DNA of 64,000 nucleotides from an uncultured delta proteobacterium. GTDB taxonomy: Bacteria > Myxococcota_A > Polyangia > Polyangiales > Polyangiaceae. The DNA is taken from the NCBI GenBank assembly GCA_963696385.1, contig CAVOKF010000003.1, forward strand, positions 640,001 to 704,000, written 5' to 3'. The translations under genes and the position numbers were made by a program. Shown here piece after piece: positions 1 through 9,278 of the stretch; the first letter of the stretch is position 1; every line of letters begins with the position of its first letter. The notes under the pieces are model-generated. The model ran no database searches. It was not told the origin of the DNA and saw only the letters and a program-made list of their open reading frames with translations.

Positions 1-1353
1 CTCCTCAAAGAGCGCATTTTGCTCGTCGACACCCCCGGTGTTAACGACCTCGCGTTGCAGAGGTCCGACATCACCTACAGCTACATCCCGCGCGCGGACG
101 CCGTGCTGTTCTTGCTCGATGCCGGACAAATTCTGAAGGAGAGCGAGCGGGTATTTCTCCACGACAAGCTCTTGAAGGGCTCGCGAGACAAGATCGTATT
201 CGTCATCACAAAATGGGACCTGTTGTCGCCCGACGAACGGCGAGAGGCTTTCGCGTATGCGAAAAGCAAGCTGTCGACGCTCGTCCACAACCCCGTTGTC
301 TTCGCGGTCAGCGCGGAGGCTGCTTTGGCCGGTCAAGCTGCCGAAAGCGGCTTGCCCGAGCTCGTCATCCATCTGACGCGGTTTCTCGCCGAGGAGCGGG
401 GCCGCATTCTGCTGGACAATGCTCTGGGCGAGGGTTTGGGCGCCGCCGCGCTCCTGTCCAAAGGCGTGGACGCCTGTCGCCGCAGCATCCAGATGGAAAC
501 GCAAGAGCTCGATCGCCGAATCGCCGCGCTCGAGCGCGATTTGGCGGGGCAAACGGGAACGATCGAACAGCGCCGAATGCAGATCCGCGAGGACGTCGCC
601 GGCATCAAAGCGGCCACGCGCAAGGACTTGGATCGGTTCGTCGACGACGTATGCCGCCAGTTACCGAACGTCATCGACTCAGCCAAGCCTGAAGACCTAA
701 GGCAGTTCCTACCGGCTTTCCTCGAGGATGCGTTCAAGCAGTGGGCGGAGCAAGAGACTCGCGAGATCGCTACGCACCTCGAGCAGCTCGCCGAGAAGAC
801 CATCGCGTTGGTGCGCGACGACGCGCGAGACAGCGCACGGCGGGTCGCGGCGGTGCTCGGCAGCGATGCGCGACGGCTCGACGTTCACGTGGACACGATC
901 AAGTACGACGTCGGCGTGGTTGCGCTGATGTTCGGCGGGGTCGCACTGATGGCCGTCAACTTGATGGTGGGCGGGGTGCTCGCCATCGCCGGCCCTGCCA
1001 TCTTTGCGATGTTCGCGCGCGGCAAGATCCATGAAGAATTCAAGAGGCGAGCGAAGGAGCTCGGGCCTGAAGTCATGCGCGAGACCGCGAAGAAGGTCGG
1101 CCCCAAGCTGGATGCGCTCATCGAGGATTTCGCGCGCAAGCTGGACGCTTGGGTCGTCAGCGCGGGCGAGGAACTTCATCGCGAAGTCCTAGAGGTCCTT
1201 CGGGCTACCAAGGAGGCGCGTAGCGCGGGCGAGCACGACGAAGCCAAGGCCAACGCCGCCGTCGACGCCCAGGCCGCGTCGCTGGCAACGGTCACCGAAC
1301 GGATCGACAGCTTGCGTCGTGACCTCTGGCCTCTTAGTCCAGCGCCCCGCTAA
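1..1353 (+). CDS. Bacterial dynamin-like GTPase, 5'-truncated by the window edge
   Basis: Frame open from base 1 (LLKERILLVDTPG). G3 motif DTPG, G4-like TKWD, coiled-coil middle region, hydrophobic hairpin (VGVVALMFGGVALMAVNLMVGGVLAIAG). Confidence 0.85.
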   Translation, partial: LLKERILLVDTPGVNDLALQRSDITYSYIPRADAVLFLLDAGQILKESERVFLHDKLLKGSRDKIVFVITKWDLLSPDERREAFAYAKSKLSTLVHNPVVFAVSAEAALAGQAAESGLPELVIHLTRFLAEERGRILLDNALGEGLGAAALLSKGVDACRRSIQMETQELDRRIAALERDLAGQTGTIEQRRMQIREDVAGIKAATRKDLDRFVDDVCRQLPNVIDSAKPEDLRQFLPAFLEDAFKQWAEQETREIATHLEQLAEKTIALVRDDARDSARRVAAVLGSDARRLDVHVDTIKYDVGVVALMFGGVALMAVNLMVGGVLAIAGPAIFAMFARGKIHEEFKRRAKELGPEVMRETAKKVGPKLDALIEDFARKLDAWVVSAGEELHREVLEVLRATKEARSAGEHDEAKANAAVDAQAASLATVTERIDSLRRDLWPLSPAPR

Positions 1354-1356
1354 ACG

Positions 1357-1377
1357 GTACCCAGCTGCGCTGGGTAC
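1357..1377. terminator. Hairpin between convergent genes, possible bidirectional terminator
   Basis: GTACCCAGC-tgc-GCTGGGTAC: perfect 9-bp inverted repeat between the stops at 1353 and 1381; no U-tract. Confidence 0.45.
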
Positions 1378-1380
1378 GCC

Positions 1381-2349
1381 TCAGGTGTCGAGTGCTCGGG
1401 CGAGACCTTCCGGGCCGAGCGCCTGCAACGTTTCGAAGCGCATGAAGAAACGTCGCCAGTCCTTGACTACGCGGGGACCGGTCGAGTCAACGCGGAGGGC
1501 AAAATCGGTGATGCGCGTCACGGTGAAGCGCAAGGCGGCGAAGCACGCCTCGGCCCATAGCCCGCGGTGTTCGGCGTCCGTAAGCGGACGAACACACTCG
1601 TAACCGCGTCGCATGGCCGATGCCAAACGGGCCTCAATGGCTTGGCCGACGCACCAGGAGAGCACGGTGACCATCAAGTCGTAGGCGAGCGGCCCAGAGC
1701 ACGCGCTTTCGAAGTCCAGCAACGCGGCGATATTTCCGGACGCGTCCCAGAGCACGTTGTCACGAAAGAGATCCCCGTGCGTCATGGCGACCGGCAGCGT
1801 TCGATCGCGCGCGCCATGAGCTCGTCCGAGCGCACCGCGCAGCATCGGAACGAGGCCCGCCAGTGCGGCGTCGCCGCTGCGCGCCACGCCGTCCAACCTG
1901 ACAAGCAGATCCTCGTAGCGGAACCGCCCAGGGCCGCACCGCTCCGCCGCGCCCGCAACGTGCACCCTCGCGAGCGCCTCCCCAACTCGGTGCGCGTCTT
2001 CCGGCGTCACCGAACGCTGACAGCGCATCGTGCCGTCTCTCCACGGGAAAAGAGCGGCCGGCTTGCCGGCGACCACCGAGACGAGATCGCCGTCCAGTCG
2101 CCGAAGCGGGGCCGGCGTCGGCACACGCGCGGAAGCAAGCCTTTCGAGCATGGTTGCCTCCCGCACAGCACCCGCTAAGTCTTGCTCCTCGTACAGCCGA
2201 AGAAACCACCGTCGCCCACCGGCGTCGAGAGCAAAATTCGAGTTGACACTGCCTGCTGCAACCCCCACGAGCCTGCGCAGATCGCCGACGCCGTAGCCCG
2301 CGACCAATGCACGTGCGTCGTCGTCCGAGATGCGCGTGAGGACTGCCAT
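1381..2349 (-). CDS. thrB: Homoserine kinase, type II (APH/phosphotransferase fold)
   Basis: MAVLT start, GSVNSNF, HGDLFRDN, LDFE and AALRF..TRI.DF motifs typical of Pseudomonas-type ThrB. Confidence 0.8.
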   Translation of the reverse strand: MAVLTRISDDDARALVAGYGVGDLRRLVGVAAGSVNSNFALDAGGRRWFLRLYEEQDLAGAVREATMLERLASARVPTPAPLRRLDGDLVSVVAGKPAALFPWRDGTMRCQRSVTPEDAHRVGEALARVHVAGAAERCGPGRFRYEDLLVRLDGVARSGDAALAGLVPMLRGALGRAHGARDRTLPVAMTHGDLFRDNVLWDASGNIAALLDFESACSGPLAYDLMVTVLSWCVGQAIEARLASAMRRGYECVRPLTDAEHRGLWAEACFAALRFTVTRITDFALRVDSTGPRVVKDWRRFFMRFETLQALGPEGLARALDT

Positions 2350-2634
2350 GGAGGCCCGATGCTAGTCCGCCGAACGAACTCGCGAACCCAAGATGCGGTG
2401 GGAAGGTACGGCTGAGCTGAATGTGGGACCCGGCCCTTTTCGGATCGAGCGGCCTCACCCCGCGCGCCGCAGCGTGCCGACGCATTTCAGTCAAGAGTGG
2501 ACGCATGGCGCTCGACTCTGGTAAACGGCCAAGGCGTTTGGCCCGTGTCACCCCGCTGAGACGACCGAGCGAAGCGAGGGGAGACGGGCGCGGACTGAGA
2601 ATTTTTTCAAGGTTTTGCCCGAACCGAGACCGAT

Positions 2635-3270
2635 ATGGCCAAGACGAAGAAGGCGCCGGTGACCAAGGCGGGATCCATCAAGCCGCCCGCATCGACGAAG
2701 CCCGCGCCCACCAAGGGCGGGGCTGGGAAAGAGGACACCGGGCCGTCCAAGCGCAAACTTGGGCTACGCGGTGCAGCGCCATGGGCCGCGCGCCACGCCG
2801 CAAAGCATGCGGCGGAGGCGCGTGCACGCGCGGCTGAGCCTCCGCTGCCCGGGAGTGCGCGAGCCACGATCCGGACGCCCGCCGACGCCGAAGACATCAA
2901 GGAGAAAGTTCGAGATCTGCACGCAGCCCTCGCCCAGATTAAGGCGCTGCGGAAGAACCTCTCCAAGACATTTTTCGATATCGGGGTGGTCTTGAAGACG
3001 ATCGAGACACGCAAGCTCTTTGAAGCCAAGCGATTCCCGTCGTTCGAATCCTTCGTCGAGCGCGAAATCGACTTGGGCAAGACAACCGCGCTGCGACTCG
3101 TCCGGATCGTCGGCCTCTTCCAGAGAGAAGGCGCGTTGGAAGTCGGCATGGACCGTCTCTTCACGGCGATGGCCGCCATCGACTCCACGAACGACGGCGA
3201 CCTCGCACGCGTGCCGCCACCTCCCGTTTCCGCGACAGCGCTTCCTCTCAGGCCGCCCGGGCGACAGTGA
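2635..3270 (+). CDS. Hypothetical basic protein: Lys/Pro/Ala-rich N-terminus plus small helical domain
   Basis: Coding-like codon bias; C-terminal FFDIG..L..IETRKLFE..RFPSFESFVEREIDLGKTTALRLVRI resembles a DUF3102/HTH-like module. Confidence 0.7.
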   Translation: MAKTKKAPVTKAGSIKPPASTKPAPTKGGAGKEDTGPSKRKLGLRGAAPWAARHAAKHAAEARARAAEPPLPGSARATIRTPADAEDIKEKVRDLHAALAQIKALRKNLSKTFFDIGVVLKTIETRKLFEAKRFPSFESFVEREIDLGKTTALRLVRIVGLFQREGALEVGMDRLFTAMAAIDSTNDGDLARVPPPPVSATALPLRPPGRQ

Positions 3271-3334
3271 TCGGCCCACACGCACGAGCACCGGCACGCC
3301 GCGCGTCCCCGTCGCCCGCCGACTCCGATGACGG

Positions 3335-4909
3335 TCACCGGCCGCGCGGCAAAGTCACCGTCGCCCGTGTGCCCACGCCCCGCTCGCTATCGATTCGCAC
3401 TTCTCCACCGTGCTGATCAACGATTTTTCGGACGATGGACAAGCCGAGCCCGGTACCGGCTTCCTTGGTCGTAAAGAATGGGTCGAAAACCTGTGCCAGC
3501 GCAGATGGTTCGATCCCTGCGCCCGTATCGTCGACGACGAGCTGGATCCGATCGCCGTCATAGAAGGCGCGAACGCGCAGAATACCGCCCTCCTTCATGG
3601 CCTCGAGCGAGTTCATGACAAGGTTCAGCACGACTTGCTTGAGCTTCTCGGCATCCCCGAGCAAGACACACTCGCTCTTGGGGTCGCGCTCGATGACGAC
3701 ACCTCGGGCGGAAGCCGAACCCTGCTCGAGGTCCAGCACGCCTTCGATGAGCTCACCGAGATGCACCAGTTCGCTCGCGATCCCCCTTGGGCGCGCCAGG
3801 TCCAGGAACTCCGTCAGCAACCGGCTGAGCCGGCCCACTTCATCCCCGACGATTTTTGCTTTGCCGCGCAGTGCCGATCGGAACTCATCGTCGACCGGAA
3901 GCTTGTCGATTTGGCGGCCCAGCACATGCAGCTGCAGGACAGCGGCGTTCAGCGGGTTCCGAATCTCGTGCGCCAAATTCATCGCGAGACGGGCCATGGC
4001 TGAGAGGGCCTCGGCGTCCGCCGCCCTCTTCTCCAGCGCGCGCCGCTCTGTGACATCGATTCCGAACCCATAGAGAAGCGCCGGTTCGTCTCCACCGCCT
4101 CGCGCCATGGAGAAATGCCATCGGACGCGACGCCGTACGGGCGCGTCGTGCCCCTCCCACGAGCGAGCGTGAACCGAGGGGCTCGATGAAGCCGCTGCGA
4201 TGATCGCCGACGGATCGACGAAACCGGTCTCGACCTCTTGCGTTCGTCCGGCGCGAGCCAAAGCGATGGTCTCGCGCATTCGTAGGCGATCCTCGTCGGG
4301 GATCCAGCTATCGACGAAGGGCCGGCCGGCCGCCGCGCTCGGCTCAACGCCCGCGATCATCGACGCTTTTCGATTGAAGAGCGCTACGCGGTCGGTGGTG
4401 TCGAGGCCCACGACCAGAACGTCGGTAAGGTCCACCAGCGCTCGGTAACGTCGTTCGAGCTCTTCACGCTCGCGCGCCAGGCGTACCTTTGCCAGCGCTT
4501 GCTCTACGGTCGAGACGAGCTCCTCGGGGCGGAACGACTTGGGCACGAAGGCATATGCGCCCGATCGGAGCGCGCCCATGGCCGCAGCCATAGTCGCGAA
4601 CCCGGTGATCAGGATGACTTCGCCAAACGGGCATCGCTCCCGCAGCCGCGCAATGAGGTCGACGCCGCTCATGTCGGGCAGCTTCACGTCGACAATCGCC
4701 ACTTCGAAGCCGCGGGTCTTCGCAATAGCGAGTCCCTCGTCGCCTCGAGACGCCGTCACGACCTCGATCGCGTTGGATGCGGCGCTCCCGTCCGAAAGCT
4801 CCGCCGCCATCAATGCGGCGTGCAGGGAGCCCACGAGCTCCACGTTGTCATCGACGATGAGCACTCGAGCGCGCGCCGAAGGAGCGTGCGGAAGGCGGAC
4901 GAGCGACAC
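3335..4909 (-). CDS. Hybrid sensor histidine kinase (REC-PAS-HisKA-HATPase)
   Basis: VLIVDD and VDVKLPDMSG receiver; LAHEIRNPL H-box; NLVMNS N-box; DTGAGI, FDPFFTTK and GTGLGL. Confidence 0.9.
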   Translation of the reverse strand: MSLVRLPHAPSARARVLIVDDNVELVGSLHAALMAAELSDGSAASNAIEVVTASRGDEGLAIAKTRGFEVAIVDVKLPDMSGVDLIARLRERCPFGEVILITGFATMAAAMGALRSGAYAFVPKSFRPEELVSTVEQALAKVRLAREREELERRYRALVDLTDVLVVGLDTTDRVALFNRKASMIAGVEPSAAAGRPFVDSWIPDEDRLRMRETIALARAGRTQEVETGFVDPSAIIAAASSSPSVHARSWEGHDAPVRRRVRWHFSMARGGGDEPALLYGFGIDVTERRALEKRAADAEALSAMARLAMNLAHEIRNPLNAAVLQLHVLGRQIDKLPVDDEFRSALRGKAKIVGDEVGRLSRLLTEFLDLARPRGIASELVHLGELIEGVLDLEQGSASARGVVIERDPKSECVLLGDAEKLKQVVLNLVMNSLEAMKEGGILRVRAFYDGDRIQLVVDDTGAGIEPSALAQVFDPFFTTKEAGTGLGLSIVRKIVDQHGGEVRIDSERGVGTRATVTLPRGR

Positions 4910-4919
4910 GGGTGGCCCA

Positions 4920-6344
4920 TTACCCCAAATCGAGAAGGCGCCTCAATATGTCATTGACGAGTTGCGGATTGGCAGACCCTCTCGTGTGTTTCATCACCTG
5001 CCCGACGAAGAAGCCGAGCACGTTCGCCTTGCCCGCCCTCCATTGATCCGCTTGCTTGGGGTTCTCTTCGATAAGACGTCGACAAATGGCTTCGATTGCG
5101 GCCGAATCGCTGACCTGTCGAATTCCGAGCTCTTCGACGACTGCAGCCGCCGAGGTCGCAGTCCCTGCGATCTTCGCGTAAATTTCCTTCGCCTGCTTGC
5201 CGCTGATGGTCCCCCGCTCGACGAGATCGATGAGCTCGGCCAGTTGGTTGGCCGTAACCGGTATCTCCGCCGTCAGTCCGTGGGTTCGAACGTCTCTCAT
5301 GACTTCGCCCTGCACGAAGTTGGCAACCCTCGTGGCATGGCCGCTCAATGTAGCGGCTTCCTCGAAGAATGCGGCGAGCCGCGGATGGCTCGTGAGAACC
5401 TGAGCGGCATAAGGGCTCAGCCCAAGCTCACCCTCGAATCGCGCACGCTTCGCGCGAGGCAGCTCCGGCATCGTTAGGGCAAGCTCGGTCGTCAGGATTT
5501 CGTCGATGACGAGCGGCGGTAGATCCGGGTCAGGGAAGTACCGGTAATCTTGCGCCTCCTCCTTGCTTCGCATGCTGAACGTCTTTGCCTCGTCCTCGTT
5601 CCAGCCGCGAGTCTCCTGCGCGATCCTGCCGCCCGAGTCGACAATGGCCACCTGCCGATCGATTTCGTGCGCGATCGCCCGCTCGACGAAACGGAACGAA
5701 TTGATGTTCTTGAGTTCGACACGCGTGCCGAGCTTGGTTTCGCCCGCGGGACGGATGCTGACGTTGGCATCGCACCGAAAGCTTCCCTCCTCGAGGTTGC
5801 CGTCGTTCACGCCGATGAAGACGAGCACGTCCCGCATGGTTCGCAAGTACTCGGCCGCCTCGGCAGCGCTCCGAAGGTCGGGCTCGCCCACGATCTCGAC
5901 GAGGGGCACGCCGGATCGATTGAGGTCGACGACGGACATGCCTACATGGTGCACGCTTTTGCCCGCGTCCTCCTCCATGTGGACCCTCGTGATGCCGACC
6001 CTCTTGGTCACCCCTCCGACATCGATATCGAGGTGTCCCCCTTCGCTGAACGGTTCGTCGTACTGACTTATTTGATATCCCTTCGGCAGATCGGGGTAAA
6101 AGTAATTTTTGCGCGCAAAGCGGCTGTATTTCCGAATTTTGCAAGATAGGGCCAGCGCCGTCCGAGCGGCCATTCGAACGGCTTGTCCGTTGAGAACGGG
6201 CAACGCTCCGGGCAGTCCGGTGCACACGGGGCAGATCTGGGTGTTCGCCGGCGCGCCGTACGCCGTCGAGCACCCACAGAACGCCTTGGTACGGGTGAGA
6301 AGCTGCGCGTGCACTTCCAACCCGATCACTGTCTCGTAATGCAT
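4920..6344 (-). CDS. gatB: Asp-tRNA(Asn)/Glu-tRNA(Gln) amidotransferase subunit B
   Basis: YETVIGLEVHAQL, RKNYFYPDLPKGYQISQ, DYRYFPDPDLPP, GFFVGQVMK. Confidence 0.98.
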   Translation of the reverse strand: MHYETVIGLEVHAQLLTRTKAFCGCSTAYGAPANTQICPVCTGLPGALPVLNGQAVRMAARTALALSCKIRKYSRFARKNYFYPDLPKGYQISQYDEPFSEGGHLDIDVGGVTKRVGITRVHMEEDAGKSVHHVGMSVVDLNRSGVPLVEIVGEPDLRSAAEAAEYLRTMRDVLVFIGVNDGNLEEGSFRCDANVSIRPAGETKLGTRVELKNINSFRFVERAIAHEIDRQVAIVDSGGRIAQETRGWNEDEAKTFSMRSKEEAQDYRYFPDPDLPPLVIDEILTTELALTMPELPRAKRARFEGELGLSPYAAQVLTSHPRLAAFFEEAATLSGHATRVANFVQGEVMRDVRTHGLTAEIPVTANQLAELIDLVERGTISGKQAKEIYAKIAGTATSAAAVVEELGIRQVSDSAAIEAICRRLIEENPKQADQWRAGKANVLGFFVGQVMKHTRGSANPQLVNDILRRLLDLG

Positions 6345-6438
6345 CCCGCGGGTCGGTTTAGCACGCGCCGAGGCGAAGCCGTGGGGCGCCGCACGGGGGC
6401 CCGCCCTCGGTCCCTAGCCGCCGGTTGCCCCGATCCGG

Positions 6439-6732
6439 TTACCTACCGAATTGGAAAACCACCTCGCTCTGCCGGACCATGCCGAGTTCACCGCGCGCGA
6501 TGCGCTCGACGGCCGCCGGATCGTCACGGAGCTCTTGCACCTCGACGCGTAGACGCACAATTTCCCGACGCAAATCGTCGTTCTCTCGTTTCACGTCATC
6601 GAGCTCATTGTTCAGGCCCTTGAGTCGAGGGAGGCCTTCGGGCTCGAACACCAAAAGAGGCACCGCAACCAACGCCAACGACAAGATCGCGATCGGAAGG
6701 GTACGTTGAAGCAGGTCCGCGGGAGACGCCAT
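6439..6732 (-). CDS. FtsB/DivIC septum formation initiator family protein
   Basis: One TM helix, coiled coil, C-terminal VERIARGELGMVRQSEVVFQF. Start placed at ATG 6732. Confidence 0.85.
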   Translation of the reverse strand: MASPADLLQRTLPIAILSLALVAVPLLVFEPEGLPRLKGLNNELDDVKRENDDLRREIVRLRVEVQELRDDPAAVERIARGELGMVRQSEVVFQFGR

Positions 6733-6792
6733 GGACGCGCAGGATCGCACGAGCCGGCTGCACGCGCCCACTTCTCGCTCTATCCTGCAAGC

Positions 6793-7434
6793 GTGACGTT
6801 GGAACTCGCTCGCCGGCTGCTCCGGACCGATGCCGTCGATCACGACGCGCTCGCCACGGCTCTGCTCGAGTCCGAGGCCCGCCGGGTGCCGCTGGCGACA
6901 GCTCTCGTTTCAACGGGGGCGCTCGACGCGCCACGGCTGGCGCGCCTCCTCGAAGGCGCCTACGGCCCATTCATGGAATCGATTGTCCCGTGCATGGCCC
7001 TCGTTCGGGCCCTTCCCCTGGGAATCTGCGAGCGGCTGCTCGCGGTTCCGGTCGGGCGCAACCCGGCCACCGGGGCGGTCGATGTGGCGTTCGTCCAACC
7101 GACCGATGGCCATGCGATTCGAGAAATGGCGTATTGGCTGCGGGCCCCCGTGCAAGCCGTGCGTACGACCCTTGCCGCTCTTCGGATCGCGCTCGCAAGC
7201 TCGAGCGACAGCGAGACCCGCACACCCTATGGTTCCATCCGGCCGTCGGCCACCGGCCAACCGGATCGATCGAGCCCGATCCAGGCGCTTTCGGAGCCGA
7301 GCCTCGCAGGACCCCCGTCTTCGGCGAGTCCCATCACCGAACGAGGACCCTTTCCCTCTAGCTCTGCCGGGCCGGATGCTGCGCCGGTTCCGACGATGCG
7401 TGGGCCCCTTGCGCGTCGAAACCCGGAGCGATGA
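6793..7434 (+). CDS. Stand-alone GspE/PilB N-terminal (MshEN-like) domain protein with Pro/Ser-rich tail
   Basis: Degenerate MshEN repeats, then [14 protein letters not shown]...[22 protein letters not shown] start 6 nt after TATCCT. Confidence 0.65.
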   Translation: MTLELARRLLRTDAVDHDALATALLESEARRVPLATALVSTGALDAPRLARLLEGAYGPFMESIVPCMALVRALPLGICERLLAVPVGRNPATGAVDVAFVQPTDGHAIREMAYWLRAPVQAVRTTLAALRIALASSSDSETRTPYGSIRPSATGQPDRSSPIQALSEPSLAGPPSSASPITERGPFPSSSAGPDAAPVPTMRGPLARRNPER

Positions 7435-7501
7435 CCGCGCGCGAGACACGAACCTACGGTATGGCTGCGAGCAAACCGCAACCGCCCCCCTGAGGTCCGC
7501 C

Positions 7502-9166
7502 ATGTCGGAGAACTCCAGGCTCCGCCGCCGATGGGCCGAGCAGACCCTAGCGCCGCACGAAGGCAAGGAACCACCGCGCCCCCGTGTCGCAAACCTGGCG
7601 GGACACGCCGATGCGGCCGACCTGTACGGTCCGGACGACCTCGAAGCGATCGCTTTCGATCCGTCGCGCGATCTCGGATTTCCCGGGGAGCCACCTTTCA
7701 CCCGCGGCGTCCAACCAAACATGTACCGCGGCCGGCTGTGGACGATGCGCCAATACGCCGGGTTCGGCACGGCCAAGGAATCGAACTCGCGGTATCGTTA
7801 TCTGCTGTCGCAGGGACAGACCGGGTTGAGCGTGGCCTTCGATCTTCCCACTCAAATGGGGCGCGACTCGGACGATCCGCGTGCACGCGGCGAAGTGGGT
7901 CGCGTGGGCGTTGCGATCGATTCGATCGAAGACATGCGCACGCTACTCGAGGCGCTGCCGCTCGACCAAATCTCGACGTCGATGACGATCAACGCCACGG
8001 CGGCGGCCTTACTCTGCCTCTACGTTGCCGTAGCGGACGAGCGAGGAGTATCCCGGGAGGCGCTCCGCGGGACGATTCAGAACGACATCCTAAAAGAGTA
8101 CATCGCGCGAGGGACGTATATCCATCCGCCCGGCCCGTCGATCCGCCTGATCACGGACCTCTTCGCCTGGTGCTCGAGAGAAGTGCCGAAGTGGAACGCG
8201 ATTTCGGTCAGCGGGTATCATATCCGAGAAGCTGGAGCCGACGCCGCCCAGGAGCTCGCTTTCACGATGGCCAACGGCATCGCATACGTCAAAGCGGCGG
8301 TCGACGCCGGCCTCGACGTCGATCGCTTCGGGGGACACATTTCCTTCTTCTTCAACGTTCAAAATGGCCTTGTCGAGGAGGTGGCGAAGTTCCGCGCCGC
8401 CCGACGCATGTGGAACACGCTCATGCACGAACGCTTCGGCGCGAAGACCGATCGCGCCCGAGCTCTGCGTTTTCATTGCCAGACCTCCGGAGCGAGCCTC
8501 ACGGCGCAGCAGCCGCTCGTCAACGTGGCACGCGTGACCGTGCAAACGCTGGCTGCGGTGCTGGGCGGCTGTCAGTCGCTCCACACGAACGCGTATGACG
8601 AAGCGCTCGGCCTCCCGACGGCGGAAGCGGCCACGATCGCCTTACGCACGCAACAGGTGGTCGCTCACGAGAGTGGAGTGGCGGATTTCGTCGACCCACT
8701 CGCAGGCAGCTATGCGGTGGAATCGCTGACGAGCCGGCTGGAGAATTTTGCCTTCGAGACGATCGGGCGCATCGATGCCATGGGCGGAATGGTGACCGCC
8801 ATCGAGCAGGGCTACCCGCAGCGTGAAATCCAGAGAACAGCGTACGAGCATCAGCTCGAGATCGAGCGCAAGCAACGCGTCGTCGTCGGAGTAAACGCCT
8901 TCGTCCAGGATGCGGCTCCGGTGCCGGTCGCGCAAAGCGATCCCAGCGTCGAGTCCAGTCAAATCGGGAGATTGAGAGCCATGCGCGCGCGGCGCGACGC
9001 CGCCGTTCACGCCGCCGCGCTGGAGCGAGTCGAGCGAGCGGCTCGCGGCACCGACAACGTCGTTCCTCACCTCCTCGACGCGGTCAAGGCGTACGCGACC
9101 GTGGGCGAGATTGCCGATGTCCTCCGGCACGTTTGGGGTGAGCATTCGGAAGCTCTCGTTCTGTGA
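7502..9166 (+). CDS. Methylmalonyl-CoA mutase large (substrate-binding) subunit, no B12-binding domain
   Basis: [53 protein letters not shown]; Tyr/Arg specificity pair; no DxHxxG domain. Confidence 0.92.
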   Translation: MSENSRLRRRWAEQTLAPHEGKEPPRPRVANLAGHADAADLYGPDDLEAIAFDPSRDLGFPGEPPFTRGVQPNMYRGRLWTMRQYAGFGTAKESNSRYRYLLSQGQTGLSVAFDLPTQMGRDSDDPRARGEVGRVGVAIDSIEDMRTLLEALPLDQISTSMTINATAAALLCLYVAVADERGVSREALRGTIQNDILKEYIARGTYIHPPGPSIRLITDLFAWCSREVPKWNAISVSGYHIREAGADAAQELAFTMANGIAYVKAAVDAGLDVDRFGGHISFFFNVQNGLVEEVAKFRAARRMWNTLMHERFGAKTDRARALRFHCQTSGASLTAQQPLVNVARVTVQTLAAVLGGCQSLHTNAYDEALGLPTAEAATIALRTQQVVAHESGVADFVDPLAGSYAVESLTSRLENFAFETIGRIDAMGGMVTAIEQGYPQREIQRTAYEHQLEIERKQRVVVGVNAFVQDAAPVPVAQSDPSVESSQIGRLRAMRARRDAAVHAAALERVERAARGTDNVVPHLLDAVKAYATVGEIADVLRHVWGEHSEALVL

Positions 9167-9278
9167 GACTGTCGCCTAAAAACGCGCCGGCGCGCACCAT
9201 CGAGCGCGAGCGCGTCGTGGATGATACTTGAGACGGTCACGACACGCCGATCCCGCGACGTGGTAAAAAAGCCCTTCG

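Noticed and set aside
6830..7501. Long N-terminal extension of the mutase ORF (778 aa in the ORF track)
   Set aside because: It overlaps the GspE-N gene in another frame and has no mutase-like sequence; the real start is ATG 7502.
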